64,000 nucleotides of DNA from Octopus bimaculoides (GCF_001194135.2 NC_068986.1:111774477-111838476); one strand, 5' to 3'; counted from the first letter of the stretch, positions 1-13,600 are shown. The notes: generated by a model not told the origin, from the sequence alone. Numbers and translations are program-made.

Positions 1-32
<32 letters not shown>

Positions 33-60
33 GTATGTATGTATGTATGTATGTATGTGT

Positions 61-270
61 TTGTGTGTCTGTGTTTGTCTCCCACTATCGCTTGGTAACC
101 GATATTGGTGTGTTTACGTCCCCGTCATATAGCGAGCAGTTCGGCAAAAGAACCGATAGATAGAGTACTAGGCTTATAAGGAATCAGTCCTGGGTTCAAT
201 TTGTTCGACTAAAGGCTTTGCTCCAGCATGGCCGCAATCAAATGACTGAAATAAGAAGAATAAAAGAATA
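61..270 (+). mobile_element. 3' half of composite SINE, preceded by a (TA)/(TATG)/(TG) microsatellite and ending in a CR1-type tail
   Basis: Collinear with 42368-42560 and, inverted, with 31365-31440. Ends GCTCCAGCATGGCCGCAATCAAATGACTGAAATAAG...TAAAAGAATA. Confidence 0.75.
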
Positions 271-1609
271 TGTGTGTGTGTGTGCGTGTGTGTGTGTGTG
301 TGCGTCTGTGTAGGTATATATGCATTTACGTATATATATACTTACAATAATTCACACACCCGTGTATGCGTATATTCTAATATATTGATGGAGATTCTAG
401 TTAGTGTGAACATCATTGATGGCCTTTATAATTTCTGGTTTATTCTTGGTTAAATTCAAACCAGAAGAGGGCAGTATAAAAACGTACTTGTTTCTGACTC
501 TATTGATAAAAATATGTTCGGCAAACATGAAAATTATGCAATAGATATAATACATGATAAAATATAATTTACATCATTACAAGTAAATATATGCATACTG
601 ATATAGACAGAAAAAATTATGACAATATGGATGCATTCATATTTACATACATAATAAGATGTATATATATTTAAAAATACATACGGTTTTTACGTTATCC
701 ATGTCATTATTTTCAATGAATATATATATATATAATCAATTAGTACATTTATCAGCATATAACTCCGATCCCTGCGCCAATCACAAATAAATGAAAATAC
801 GCTTTTCTCGTCATAATATATTAAATTGTTACTAATAGCAAAATCTTAATGTTAATTTCTGTAAGTAGAGCGTAGTAGTAGTAAAGGTATACGCACAGAT
901 ACGAAGTACTCTGATTTACCGTCATTGTGGTTCTTTTATTATGGTTCTCCGTAATGAGGTCACCAAAACCTACATGACCTGTGACCGTGAAGTGCAGTCT
1001 GTATCTGCCAACTGACTAAGGTTGCATTATATTCCACTTATTGTTAGAAAAATGGTTAATTGCGCAGATAGTATCTAGAGAATATACATATATTCATTTT
1101 GATACGTATCCATTGATATTCATATATGTTCGACGTGTTATACTAAATTGATTAGTTTCTCTTATTATATATATATAAGAGCACGCATGTGGATAGATAG
1201 AAAGATAAATGATGAGAAGAGAAGCCGCTCAATAAAATATATTTTCATTGCGGTTTCAATATGTCGGTATATTGAGTTGGAGGCATCTCGAACAGAATAA
1301 GCAAATACTACAATTACATTAAACACAGGTGTAAACATTTAAATATAAAAATCGAGAAACATTAGAAATAACCATTGAAAAACATTAGCAATTGAAAGTT
1401 GAAGTCTTTCCTATGGTATCTGCAGGTTATATAGAAAGCATCCATTGCAATATCATTACGTACATTCTTAACAACAAAAACATTATATTGAGTTTGTGCA
1501 TATATTCACACACGCACGCACAAACACACGCGCATACACATATACACGCGCACACAGACACACACATGCACATACAGGGGAACATAGAACATATATAGTA
1601 TGTACATCC

Positions 1610-1653
<44 letters not shown>

Positions 1654-3391
1654 NNNNNNNNNNNNNNNNNNNNNNNNNNNNNNNNNNNNNNNNNNNNNNN
1701 NNNNNNNNNNNNNNNNNNNNNNNNNNNNNNNNNNNNNNNNNNNNNNNNNNNNNNNNNNNNNNNNNNNNNNNNNNNNNNNNNNNNNNNNNNNNNNNNNNNN
1801 NNNNNNNNNNNNNNNNNNNNNNNNNNNNNNNNNNNNNNNNNNNNNNNNNNNNNNNNNNNNNNNNNNNNNNNNNNNNNNNNNNNNNNNNNNNNNNNNNNNN
1901 NNNNNNNNNNNNNNNNNNNNNNNNNNNNNNNNNNNNNNNNNNNNNNNNNNNNNNNNNNNNNNNNNNNNNNNNNNNNNNNNNNNNNNNNNNNNNNNNNNNN
2001 NNNNNNNNNNNNNNNNNNNNNNNNNNNNNNNNNNNNNNNNNNNNNNNNNNNNNNNNNNNNNNNNNNNNNNNNNNNNNNNNNNNNNNNNNNNNNNNNNNNN
2101 NNNNNNNNNNNNNNNNNNNNNNNNNNNNNNNNNNNNNNNNNNNNNNNNNNNNNNNNNNNNNNNNNNNNNNNNNATATATATATATATATATATATAGATA
2201 TATATACATATATATATATATATGTATGTGCATATTCGCGCATACACACACGCTTGCATACACATGTATTCCTATTTTGTATATCAGCGCATAATTGCAA
2301 GCATTTTCCGACGTACGACTTTTTATATGCACACATATACAAATGTGTTTGTATCTATATATGTGTGCGTGTGTGTGTGCGTGTGCCCATCACACTATCT
2401 TGGATGCTATCGGAAATCAGGAAAATATTTAACATTCCACTGTATCGACTGTGAACATACCTATCTCTTTCTCCCTCTTTCTCCACGTCTCCTCCCTCAC
2501 TCCCTCCTTCTCTCTCTCATGCAGTATCTGGAGATTTTTTCTTTTCTTTTTCAGAAATCTAAAGGCACCATAAGTCCATCATTTAAAGAAAGTTCCATCA
2601 GCTTTGCCAGAATATTTACAGCTACTTGTAAACGTAAATTCAGTATCTATAAGCTCGTTCTCTCTCTTTTCTAACCCATTTCTCTCTTTTCCTAACCCAT
2701 ATCTCTCCCTCTCAAACACGCATACTTAGCGCGCGAGGACGCGCGTGCTTTCACACGTATGCATGTGCGTGTTTGTGTGTGTATGTGCGTCCGTGTGCGT
2801 ATGACAAAACCTTTTAAATAAGAAAGAAACAGCTGAATCGGTGAAATGTCGCCACAGGAAATAGTATTTTAGAATGCTGTTAGTTACTTGTAAAACTTAA
2901 TTCGTTATAAATCAAGAGATATGAAATGGACAATGTGATCAGTATAAACATCTTACAGCTTTGATGCGAGGAAACAGCTAGAATCTTTTCCTTAAATGCT
3001 CAATGTTTATTCCGCCCCTCAGAATATAAAAATGCATGCGATGTAAGCAATTCCATCCGTATGACATAGAAAAGAACATCGACAAGTTTTCTCCACCATT
3101 CACGTCTCTGACTATCTTTTCTGCTTCTCTGGCTTTCATGGCTGTGAATTCTCATCGATGCCGCTGTAACTATGCTGTTTCTCTACACAGAGATTTTGAC
3201 CAACACAAATTCATTTTTAACTACGGGAAGAAAGATTCCATACTAGTCTGTTCTCTATCTTTCATTTGACCATCCGCCATGGCAGTACTAATAGCTTGCA
3301 ATCCGCTGCCATGGCTCTCAGATTTCTTCAAGCATACAAGACACAACACCCCAACAACACCTGATAAATGAAATGCATGCACATGCTATAC

Positions 3392-4565
3392 ATCTTTTAT
3401 CTTTCGCCGCCTTTAGGCCGATGCTGACGTGACACTAGGGTACTGTCTTTTAAGATTTATAAGTGATCTTCCAGAATTTTTTCTGGTGAAGTAGCAAATT
3501 TACCAAAGCCACGTCTCTTTGTGCCTCCAATCGCAATAGGGATTCACCTGGTATCACAGATAAAATATCTCCATATTATCTACACTTCGCAATTGTCTGA
3601 GATCGTTTGGCTTAATTTTGAATAACTGTGAGACATTAGAACAGAAACTATTAAAGCATTGCGTCTTCTTTTTTGTTTTGAGAAAACAAAATCCTTGGTA
3701 CTTTGCTCTACCGCCCCTTTCGGTATTTGGTATAGTATTCAATTCCAAAGTTGGGTGCTAGACATTCCAGGATCGAGTGAATCTTCATTGTGTAGTGATA
3801 TTGGATAGCTTCGAGGTCGGCTGTTGATTTAAGGATTCGGGCAACCAAACTTGAGAACACTAATCTAGGCGACTGCAAAAAAATTGTTCTACATAAGAGT
3901 TGGAGGATATTCTTTTTTCTGGTTATGAACGATCTCATATTGCATCTAGCCATTCATGTGCAGTGTTGCTGTTTTGTTAATATGCATAGAATATTACATC
4001 ATTACAGATATGGATTTCCAAATGAACCACCAACTCTGATTCTGGGATAGTCCTACCTATTGGTCTTGTGTATTCCGATTGTAGTCCGCCTGAGGTAGGA
4101 TAGGAGAGTGCTTGGAACTTCTCAGTATTGAACTGCATGTTGTTTTCATCAGCCCACGTGTATATTACATTCAGGTCTTCCTGCAGTTCCAAGAAATCAA
4201 CAATGTGTTCGATTCCCTGTGGTCCATTTGTACCATTAGCATAGCTGGTGAGAGTGACTGAATGTATGGCTGCGGTGAAATCTGAGATAGCCACCACAAA
4301 CAAACATTAGTGGCCCTAGTACACGTCCCTGAGAGGCACCGCTGCTAACTGATATCATCCCAGAGAAATAACCGTTGATTGCAACTGTCTGACTTCTGCC
4401 TTTTTATGAAGTCATGCAGCCACACTCCTAGATTTCCAGCGATAATAAGGTAACGCAGTTTGTAAGATATGACTAATGCTCAATATTGAAGAAGGCCTTG
4501 GCAAAGTCGAGATATATCCCATTCACATCTGAGTGCTTGAATTGTATTTTGAGTAACGAGTCATA
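3392..4565 (-). mobile_element. CR1-group (CR1/L2/Crack/Daphne-like) LINE relic: RT domain to 3' end
   Basis: Minus-strand translation gives IYLDFAKAF, SGASQGRVLGPLMFVVAISD, SYANGT (YADD equivalent), DLNVIYTWADENNMQFNTEKFQAL and ILECLAPNFGI. Ends in ...AAAGATAAAAGAT. Multiple stops and frameshifts. Confidence 0.85.
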
Positions 4566-4739
4566 CATACGTACGTACATACATATATAAATATATACAT
4601 GCATACACACACATACATATGCATATATATACCTACATGCATACATATACATGTATAACTTATACAAAATTCAGTGATCGCAGTAAGTTAACAAATTATA
4701 GACGTGTTCCTGTAATTTAACAGAAATGATGGCACAAAC

Positions 4740-5427
4740 TTTGGATCTTGTTCAAAACGGGGGCACCAGTTTTCATTTATGTTTTATGTAGTGTTTTTGG
4801 TACCGAAAGACTTTCAAACTTCGTATACTTATCTATTTTGTGTTATAGAACACAGAAATTTTTTTGTATTCGGATTTATTTCATGTAAAAAATTGTCTTA
4901 TTTCGATAATTTCAACCAATCACTGACAAGTATTCAGCTGTTTACACTTACTCCTTTGGCACTTTAAGCAGTGTAAAGCGTATTTAATCTCCATTACTCC
5001 TGACATTTTGCAGAGGCAACACACGTGTGTTCGTTTTCCCTAACCCTAACCCTAACCCAAACCCTAACCCTAATTGACTTGCTCGTTCCCTCAAAAACCA
5101 TGCCTTGTGCCTCTAATTGAAAGGTTTATTAGCTACTGCCAATATGCTTCAGCCATTTTTTGACAAGGAAATAATAATTTTATCACCGCCGAGAATCGTT
5201 TGTTTACGTAGTCAGCACTTAATGTATACGGCTGAATGGACGTCAGTCATTGGTTGAAATTACAGAAATACGACAACTTTAACATGGAATAACTTGCGAT
5301 GTACGTTTTTTTGTTAAGAAGACTAAGAGAAAAAGATGTTTTATATGACACATTCTACCAGTGTCCCAAGTTTCAAAGCGTTTCGTTAAGAAAATACTGG
5401 TGACCCCGTTTTGAACAAGATCCCAAA
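4740..5427. mobile_element. Non-autonomous foldback/MITE-like DNA element with long imperfect inverted arms
   Basis: TTTGGATCTTGTTCAAAACGGGGGCACCAGT (4740-4770) is the near-perfect reverse complement of ACTGGTGACCCCGTTTTGAACAAGATCCCAAA (5396-5427). Internal similarity continues about 200 bp, e.g. AATTTCAACCAATCACTGAC vs reverse-complement AATTTCAACCAATGACTGAC. Confidence 0.75.
5038..5073. repeat. Short interstitial telomere-type (CCCTAA)n tract, about 6 units
   Basis: CCCTAACCCTAACCCTAACCCAAACCCTAACCCTAA read directly. Confidence 0.9.
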
Positions 5428-6354
5428 CTCTTGATGAAATCACATAATCTCGATACCTCATCAGTGGATGGATAGATAGATAGATAGATAGATAAGAGTA
5501 TCTGTTCAGGTAATCACTTATTTTACATAGAGTAAGTATTTCAAGAGTTAAGAAAGATTATGTTGATAATTTAAAGAGGCAATTTGTTCTTTACCTATCT
5601 CTGTGTGTGTACACAGCATTTCTATTAAATTTCGTTGAAAGAGTGTATTCCTATCTTCAGCAGCTGAAATAGTTGTTTTATGGTAGAGCCAATATTAATG
5701 ACGATTGTGAAGTAATAAAATCATAAAATTTATTGAAAGTACATTTTAGACAATCAATATATTTTAGATCACATCTAATTAAATAACTTAAAAGAGAAAT
5801 CTAATGATAGAAATTTAGAAGGAAGGCATTTTCGTGGAAATATGTGAGTAAATATATGTACCAAATGATAATGTACAATTGTATATAAGACATATTTATG
5901 ATAAACATAGACATCCCTGGGGGAGGATATGACAAGGTAGCATATACCATGTTTACGCTATCTATTTTGGGTGTATATGCAGTCGCTCTAGATAGACACA
6001 CTACATCGGTAGTCCTAGGGAAACTTGCTGGATATGACGGCTGCAAAGACAAAGGAGTCACTGATTTTAGCTGAAAAAAGTACTGGAGCAATGTCAAGTA
6101 AAATCTAACCGCAGGGACCACGGACCCCCTCATAATATAGATGAGTTGTTCTCATATAAGGAAGTTAATAAATAATTGTAATCTACTTTAAAGTTTAAAG
6201 TTTCGTAAATTCTTATGAATTGTGAGTGGCAAAATGTATGGTGTTTGTTATAAAAAATGTCAAAGGCTTATAAAAACATAACGAAAGGATTTCATTAAAA
6301 TTCAGTAAATGATCTCGTAAAACATATTTATGCATGGTGCATGAGAAGGAGCTA

Positions 6355-6403
<49 letters not shown>

Positions 6404-8466
6404 TAACATTTTGAAATAACCTGAATGTGATTGTCCCACTAATTGAAATATAGAGTTTTCGTAGAAGTGTTTAGAATAACACTATATTAATACTATAGAA
6501 AATTAATGTGTTATAATGTCTCGATTGTAAAAGTTAAGATAAAACTGAAGATGTATAGAAGTTAATGATTTTATAGAAATGCATATAAAATTAGATGGGA
6601 GAGCTGTAGCATTTCATATCTTTACGTTCGATACAATAAATGGGAACTAATAATAAAATATATTGATACGGGAATAACAGTTTAGTTTACAGATGATAGT
6701 AGTGACGAACACCAATAATAATTACTCTGATTACGAGAGTAAAATTATATTAGTTCATTACTCAGAATTAACTGTTAGTAGATATAAAGTTTTATTAAGT
6801 TACTAAGGGTGGATAATGAAGGGAGGCTGTGATATATTAAAATAAATATTTTCGGCTGGATGAAATATTTAATTGAGAACGTAAGCAAGTGTTAAGATTT
6901 TAAGAATTTAAGTTATAGCAAGGGAAAATATATTTTATCTAAATGAAAATAAATGAAAAGGTTGACTATGGCAAATGGAATTAAGAAAACAATTAGTGCG
7001 AACATTAAAAAGCAGTAAAGTTTTATGGAATTAGTAAGGACATAATATCGTAGGTTTTATAAATGAAAGAAAAAAACTAGTTGATCGTAAGAGTATTATT
7101 CTATGTAATGAAAAGTTATATTAGACGTTATGATGACTACGATACTGATATTTATGTGTTCATATAGCAAACATCTTCTTCGCTTGCCCCTGATCAATAA
7201 GAAACAAACGAAGAAAGGTTTTGTAGAAACGGTATGATAGAGCAAGTATCAATACAGCGCGGTCGACAGATAGAGGTGATTTCATACGGTAACTATCAAA
7301 GTTTCACGCATTCTGAGTTCAAAACTCTCCCAGGGTTTAGCGTAGTCCCCACTGCTAGAAACATTAGGTAATCATGCTTTCACCTTCTCCACTACTGCCA
7401 CCAGTTTTCGAGGTCCCTTCAAGTGCAACCGGTGACACCGTGCACATAACTGCGATAGAAATCACAACGATTTACTTGTTTTTAATCTTCATTAGATCAG
7501 GTGAGAGAAATGATTTTCACGAAAGTATTAATGAAGTTCGGAGAGTGGTTTTGATGTTGTATCCACATGTATTATAACAAGAATACAACCTCAACGGTAG
7601 ATTTCCCTGGAGACAGTTGCTATGTTGATGCTGAAAACATGTTCGTGGAGAGAAGAGCATTTTGTCTGTAAACGCCACATCAAATCTGAATTAAAAGACA
7701 AAAGTGATAACAATTAATATGTTCACTCAGCCGAAATAAATTTGGCACGCAAGATGAGCTCAAATTATGGCGAAATAGCATTTATATTGTTTTTTCTTTT
7801 AATTTCAAATACATTGGTGTAGAGTGATTACAATAATAAAGTATTTGCTGCTACTTGTTTTTTTCAGCAAAGTATTAATAAATGTTACTAATCTAGTATT
7901 AGTTGTTGTAAGTCAGAAAATAATCTTAAATATCAGACTATTAATATCTGGAAAAAATGAATAAATTAATATTAATGAATTTGAATCAAAACTTTCAGTG
8001 GAGTTGTTGCAGGGAGGGAACTCAGTTTCAGATACAATTTTGTCTAAAGCGCTTTATCGAGAACGCATATCAAATCTAGATAAGTATATTATTCGAAACT
8101 TCATATCTGATTCGAATTATCCTGTAGACTTTAAAATTAATGTACAAGTGTTTATTTGTAAATCTTTCTGAATGACAAGATGTCAAGATTAATGGTGAAT
8201 ATTTTACCATGCATTTTCTGACGACAATAGTTCCATATTTTATCCTCATTTTTATGTATTGGATATAATCAGTCCAGCAAAAGATACGTTATGAGTAGGT
8301 TTATCAACCATATAAGTGATTATGATTTGGGAGATGGTACCCTTATTTTTGGTCATACAAGTTATATTGAGCAAGAAATCTATTTTTAATCTTGTAATTT
8401 CTTATTCTTAATTAACGAATATACACATCTTTACATGCATACACACAAACTCACACACATGCATTG

Positions 8467-8498
<32 letters not shown>

Positions 8499-8504
8499 AC
8501 ACAT

Positions 8505-8549
<45 letters not shown>

Positions 8550-8695
8550 NNNNNNNNNNNNNNNNNNNNNNNNNNNNNNNNNNNNNNNNNNNNNNNNNNN
8601 NNNNNNNNNNNNNNNNNNNNNNNNNNNNNNNNNNNNNNNNNNNNNNNNNNNNNNNNNNNNNNNNNNNNNNNNNNNNNNNNNNNNNNNNNNNNNNN

Positions 8696-8739
<44 letters not shown>

Positions 8740-10064
8740 TATATACCATTAATTATATAACGCAGTCTTGTTATTTTCATACGATGTAGAAGTGTTTTCA
8801 GGTTTTAATTTTAAAAATAATTACGTTTGGAGAAATTATTTTCAGATTTTCTTCTCAAATATAGGAGTATTTCTACAAAATATCTTATTCATTCAGCGGT
8901 ACTGAGAGATATTGCCACGGAATTGCAAATTAATGTTTATTTAAATAAATTTATACATGTCATTTACATATAAATGACATGTATAAATATTTTAATTTAT
9001 ATCCAGAAGTAATATCGGAAAATTAATAAATGCATTCATTCCATATATGTATTTCATACATTCTGTCATCAGGGCAATAATACATGATAAGTGAAAAGCA
9101 TTTTCAATTTTACAACGTTTACCTTCATACTTACGAATTTTAATCGAATAATATGCAACAAATATAGTTGTAGATAAATGAAATGCTTATTTACAAAACA
9201 TTTAATCCTACAAATAATTCATTTCGATTTATACGAACAATTACTATCACAAAATTGATAAAGAATTCTTGTGGAAAAATAAATTATATATATTTTGTTG
9301 TGCTTGCGTTAGACGCAATGTCAGCAAAAAAGCATACCATAACGTTAGGAAATAGGAAATTCTATGTTCATAAACTCAGGCTTTGTACAGGCAAAACATA
9401 TCCAACCATTGTGTTATACATAACTGCATAAAAGTTTTATTTGCATGCAAGTTAATTCCACGAATAATTTATTTGGACAAACATATAATTAAAATTACAA
9501 AATTATCAAATAAATGCAGCTGGCAAATTGCAAATCCCTTTTCTATATTTTGCATTGTTACCATTATCATATAAACAACAATAAAAAATGAATTTTGTAA
9601 TCTGACAATTGTTCCCGATATAAAAGCCTGCAGTTGCTAGGAGAACAAAATCCAACAACGTATAATTGAATGAAATATCATTTTTGAAATGTGAATTTTT
9701 CCACTATTAAATTCAATAAACAATTTAAAGAAGGTACAGAAGCTTTTCTAAAATAAACTGCTTGATCTTGTTGTAGAAATAGTTATTTCCTACTGGTAGG
9801 AAGAATGTCAGCAGTGGTCGATCCCATTTACTTTCAAAATAATTCAAGCCACAATCACTCACATCCTTCTCAGGTGGAGAATATCTTTCACTAAATTTAT
9901 TCAATGAAAGCTTGCATTTTAATTCTGAACTCCTGAACATTGTGTGATGAAAATTTCATTTCCATTCCAAAACATCCCAGGCACGACGTAGAGCAATTAT
10001 CTTTTGGTTCGCTATCTTGCTCATAAATATAACTTACTGAACATATATAAATCCAATATTTATT

Positions 10065-10350
10065 TTATTTTAACACAATTGAATGACAAATGTTGGTTTG
10101 ACTTAACGTGACACAGAGTGTGACAAAACTGGCCCTTCTAAATACTGGTACAATAGAAACGGGAAGACAGAGTGAGAGAAAACTTTGGTGAAAGAATACA
10201 GCAGGGTTCGCCAACACCTGCTGCTGGAGCCTCGTGGAGCTTTCGGTGTTCTCGCTCAATCTAGGAATCAAACCCGCCCGGTCTAGGAATCAAACCCGCG
10301 ATCCAACGACTGCAAATTCATTGCTCTAACCACTGGACCATTATGCCTAC
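10065..10350 (-). mobile_element. tRNA-derived SINE, degenerate copy of the 40860-41232 family
   Basis: Shares CGTGACACAGxGTGACAA, GGAGCCTxGTGGAGCTTTxGGTGTTxTCGCTCAAT and CTAACCACTGG with 40860-41232. Carries a local duplication of CTAGGAATCAAACCCGC. Confidence 0.65.
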
Positions 10351-11039
10351 GTGGCTCACTAGCGATAAAACAAAAGAGAAATGATGACCACTAGATAAAT
10401 TGATGTCAAGGATGCATCGTGCATGTAATCTGTCCTATTTAGGTTGCTGTTAACAGCGACCGAAACTTCCATTAAGTTCCTTCTTGTGCCATAAAATGTA
10501 AGACACATTTAATGAAGCAGCCATAAATATATGGAATGCGTTTGAAATTATTTGAAAATAATCAGGACTTGAAATTTCTGCACGCAGACCTGATTGGATA
10601 GACAAATTTTAGTCGAAAAAAGAGTAAATTCAACGAAACAAAAAAAGGAAACACAATTATAATAATCACTTGAATTGTTATATGTTTACAGAGGCAGATA
10701 GGCATCGACAACTAGCAAGCCATGCTACACCAGACAGATGAGCAATGACTCAGAAACTAGTCTCTGGATGCTGGCTTTGCTGGGTGGAGGTGCTTATCTC
10801 CCCCTTTGTAAACATAAGGACACAGGAAATGTGTCAAGGCCGACAGGGGCACATATACATTTATATATGTAAAGAATATCCTCTAGGAGCTGATACCAAA
10901 TTTCGTTATTGTGCGTTATCCTCTTCAGCCCCTGAACTTATTGTCACAAAATCTGTTCTTTCCTGAAAGTATTTCTACAAATACAGCCAGGATAGTATTG
11001 TAAGTAACTAAAAACACAGTTCCCCTTAGAATATATAAC

Positions 11040-11240
11040 GTTGTTCCCTAACACAATATTTCGGTTCAGTGAGAAAGGAAACTCAAAATTCATTCTTCTA
11101 GTTCGTCTGGAAACTAAAGAACAAATAAGAACTATACAGAAACTAAAATGGAAGAGCGCCAAAATGTTTACAAGAGGTGACGAAACTGCGGAATATTTCT
11201 GTAAGAAAATATCAGTTGTGGAAAGCTTTTGCTAATAATA
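11040..11240 (+). mobile_element. Possible L1/Tx1 ORF2 EN-RT linker fragment
   Basis: RFSEKGNSKFILLVRLETKEQIRTIQKLK resembles the Tx1 linker pattern WxExGEKxSKYFxxLE...IxKL. Short and judged by eye. Confidence 0.3.
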
Positions 11241-11569
11241 TCAATTAACCGATAGATCAATAATATCAATTAACCGTAGTTCAGAGCTGTTATTTCATTT
11301 CCTTCATAGAAGTTTATTTCTATTTAACTTCCGGGTGACTGAATATCCAGGTAAACTGTTGTAAATTTGTACATTTCGTGGGGTTGTTGACTTGAAGAAG
11401 CCTAATTCGGACAACTTCTTCATTGACACCACAGTAAACTAATCATATTCAACCTTCAGCATATTCAAGCACATTATTCTTACTTCTTACGAGAATTACT
11501 CTCCCGTTTGCATCTGAGACGTATCTCCATATATTGCACATACTCCATATAGAGCAATTCCTAGAATCT

Positions 11570-13600
11570 GGTCGACCAGGCGATGGAGATCAACTGCTTT
11601 ATTTTTACCTGCTCACTCTTGGTCTCCCAACACTCCCGTGTATCGAAGAGGCTGGTCAACAATAGCCTTAGTCGGGGCCAACATTTCATCCTTTTGGAAG
11701 GCCCCCACATCCAGCGCGCTCGAACATGCTGCATTCTCCTCATACTTACGCTCGCAGAGCTCCACCCATGACGCAGGCTCAAAGTGTCTATGCGACCGGG
11801 TAATCTCGAAACTTATCAAGAAAGATGTTTTGGCGTCTATGAGAGTAGTCGCCTGTGAAAACACCGTCCTCTTCTATACAAAAGACATCGTGGCTGCCTC
11901 CGACTCAGAGTTCCTGAGCCAACCGCAGACCTCAGGCCCATATACACACCCGCACTTCAGGCGCTATACGTCGCCTCCAAGAGAGACAACCTCTCTGCTC
12001 TGAGGTCTTTCGCTACCAGTAGATCCGTAGTTGTTGCCTGTCTCCGACGCAGTCACCTCAAAATCTTGCTTTCTTCACTCACTGCCGAGATGGGCGCCGC
12101 CTGCAATTACGGCTCTCATTAACACATTTATTTACAGTGCCTTGGGTACTTGATCCCGAGGCTTTTTTTTTAAACCCACCTAAATCTCAGGAAGAAGGAC
12201 GTGGGTATACGTCCCATCGCTGTGGCAATGTCTTCTGAAAACTTGCAGCCAAAATAATCTGCAGCTTCGCCTCACCTAAATTATGCGAGGAACCCAGCAT
12301 TGTACAGATGGGGTCAGAGTAGTCAACGGGTGTAAGAAATAATTACCTATGCCGCTAGACTGTCTTTCAAATATTGCCCTTCAGCAGATATTCAGGGACT
12401 ACAAACAACTCATTGTCAAGCTTGACGGGAAAAACGCTTTCAACCGTCTGTGCCGTGATCCCTTGCTGCAGACTTGCTTCTGGTGTGCTTTGTAATCCTA
12501 TCCGCTGGCTTACCCGCATGCCATGGCGTAGATAAGATCTTACCATATTCGAATGGCGTTCTATAGGGCGATCCATTAGGCCCCTTCATATTCTCTCTCG
12601 CAGTGAACGGCATTATTCATAGGATTACGGATTCTATAAACAGCTGGTTCGTGGACGATACGATGATAGGTTGGTCAGTAGGGAGTATCTGTCACGATCT
12701 CTGGTCAGTGATTCCCTCTCTAGCGACAACCGGCCTCAGTTTAACTCGTCCAAGTTAGAGTTCATCGAAGCTAACTACGACGCAGAGGGCTTTGCAGCCT
12801 CCGTCTCAGAGGTACGTAAATTACTTCACTAGGAACAAGTGACCTCAAAAGAGGACGTCCTTATCATTAGTTCACCGATCCTCCCTCCTTCCCTTCACTC
12901 CACACTGTGGTGTAAGCTTAACCATCTTCAAAGATTGAGTGACAAACTGAATGCGATCGACGCTCACCGAGTACAGTTCCTGTTAAGGGACTGCTTCTCC
13001 ATTCCGAAGCTATTGTATACCCTCGGCAGTGCACTTTAGTGCATTGACATGACCAGCACCGTCCGATATGTTTCCGTCCAGCGGCCGAGCTTCACAGCGA
13101 ATCTTGGCCTAATGCGAGGCCATTGTTTGCAACACGTATCCAGCTTCATACCGACTGTCTGCTAATCAGTGTTTCTCTGAGGTTGGCTTCTAGATTCGTA
13201 AACCTCATGAATGATGCTGCTGATCCACTGTAGATGCACCCACTGTCACGCCGTCATAGTGATGGCCTCCTTCCACGCTATGTCGCCCTTCACAAGACCA
13301 TGAATTATGACGTAGACGTCGCAGACTTAGTTTCCCAGCTTGAACCAATGGTTCTCGACCGAGAGGATGGTACAATACCGGCCGGTATGCAACTATTCCT
13401 GTTCCGTGGTGCAAGGCCCTCTATATGTTATGTTATGCTATGAGACCTTCTCCAGCGACAAGTTGCTGTGGTTAGCCACCAGCCCAGACTCCGCTTCTCG
13501 TAAGGTAAGAAAAGCAAAATTAGATAGGCTCTGTATCGTTATGTATATATTGCTAGCGCTGTCTATCATCGAAAAGGCCAGAACAGACTGAATTCACAGG
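11570..13600 (+). mobile_element. CRE-clade non-LTR retrotransposon relic (RT, Zn-knuckle and restriction-like endonuclease)
   Basis: Motifs in the expected order across frameshifts: RVISKLIKKDVLASMR, LRSF...LRRSHLKILL, KKDVGIRPIAV/GNVF*KLAAK, IVKLDGKNAFNRLCRD, GVL*GDPLGPFIFSLAV, SWFVDD, FLLRDCFSIPKLLYTL, HPLSRRHSDGLLPRYVALH and LEPMVLDREDGTIPAGMQLF (RPDG-type RLE core). Confidence 0.8.

Noticed and set aside
5038-5073. Telomeric repeat as evidence of a chromosome end or fusion site
   Set aside because: Only about 6 units in one orientation, embedded in a foldback element.
10797-10898. Minus-strand TGGTATCAG (PBS-like) and AAAGGGGGAGA (PPT-like) about 90 bp apart
   Set aside because: No matching LTR pair on the two sides; short motifs can occur by chance.
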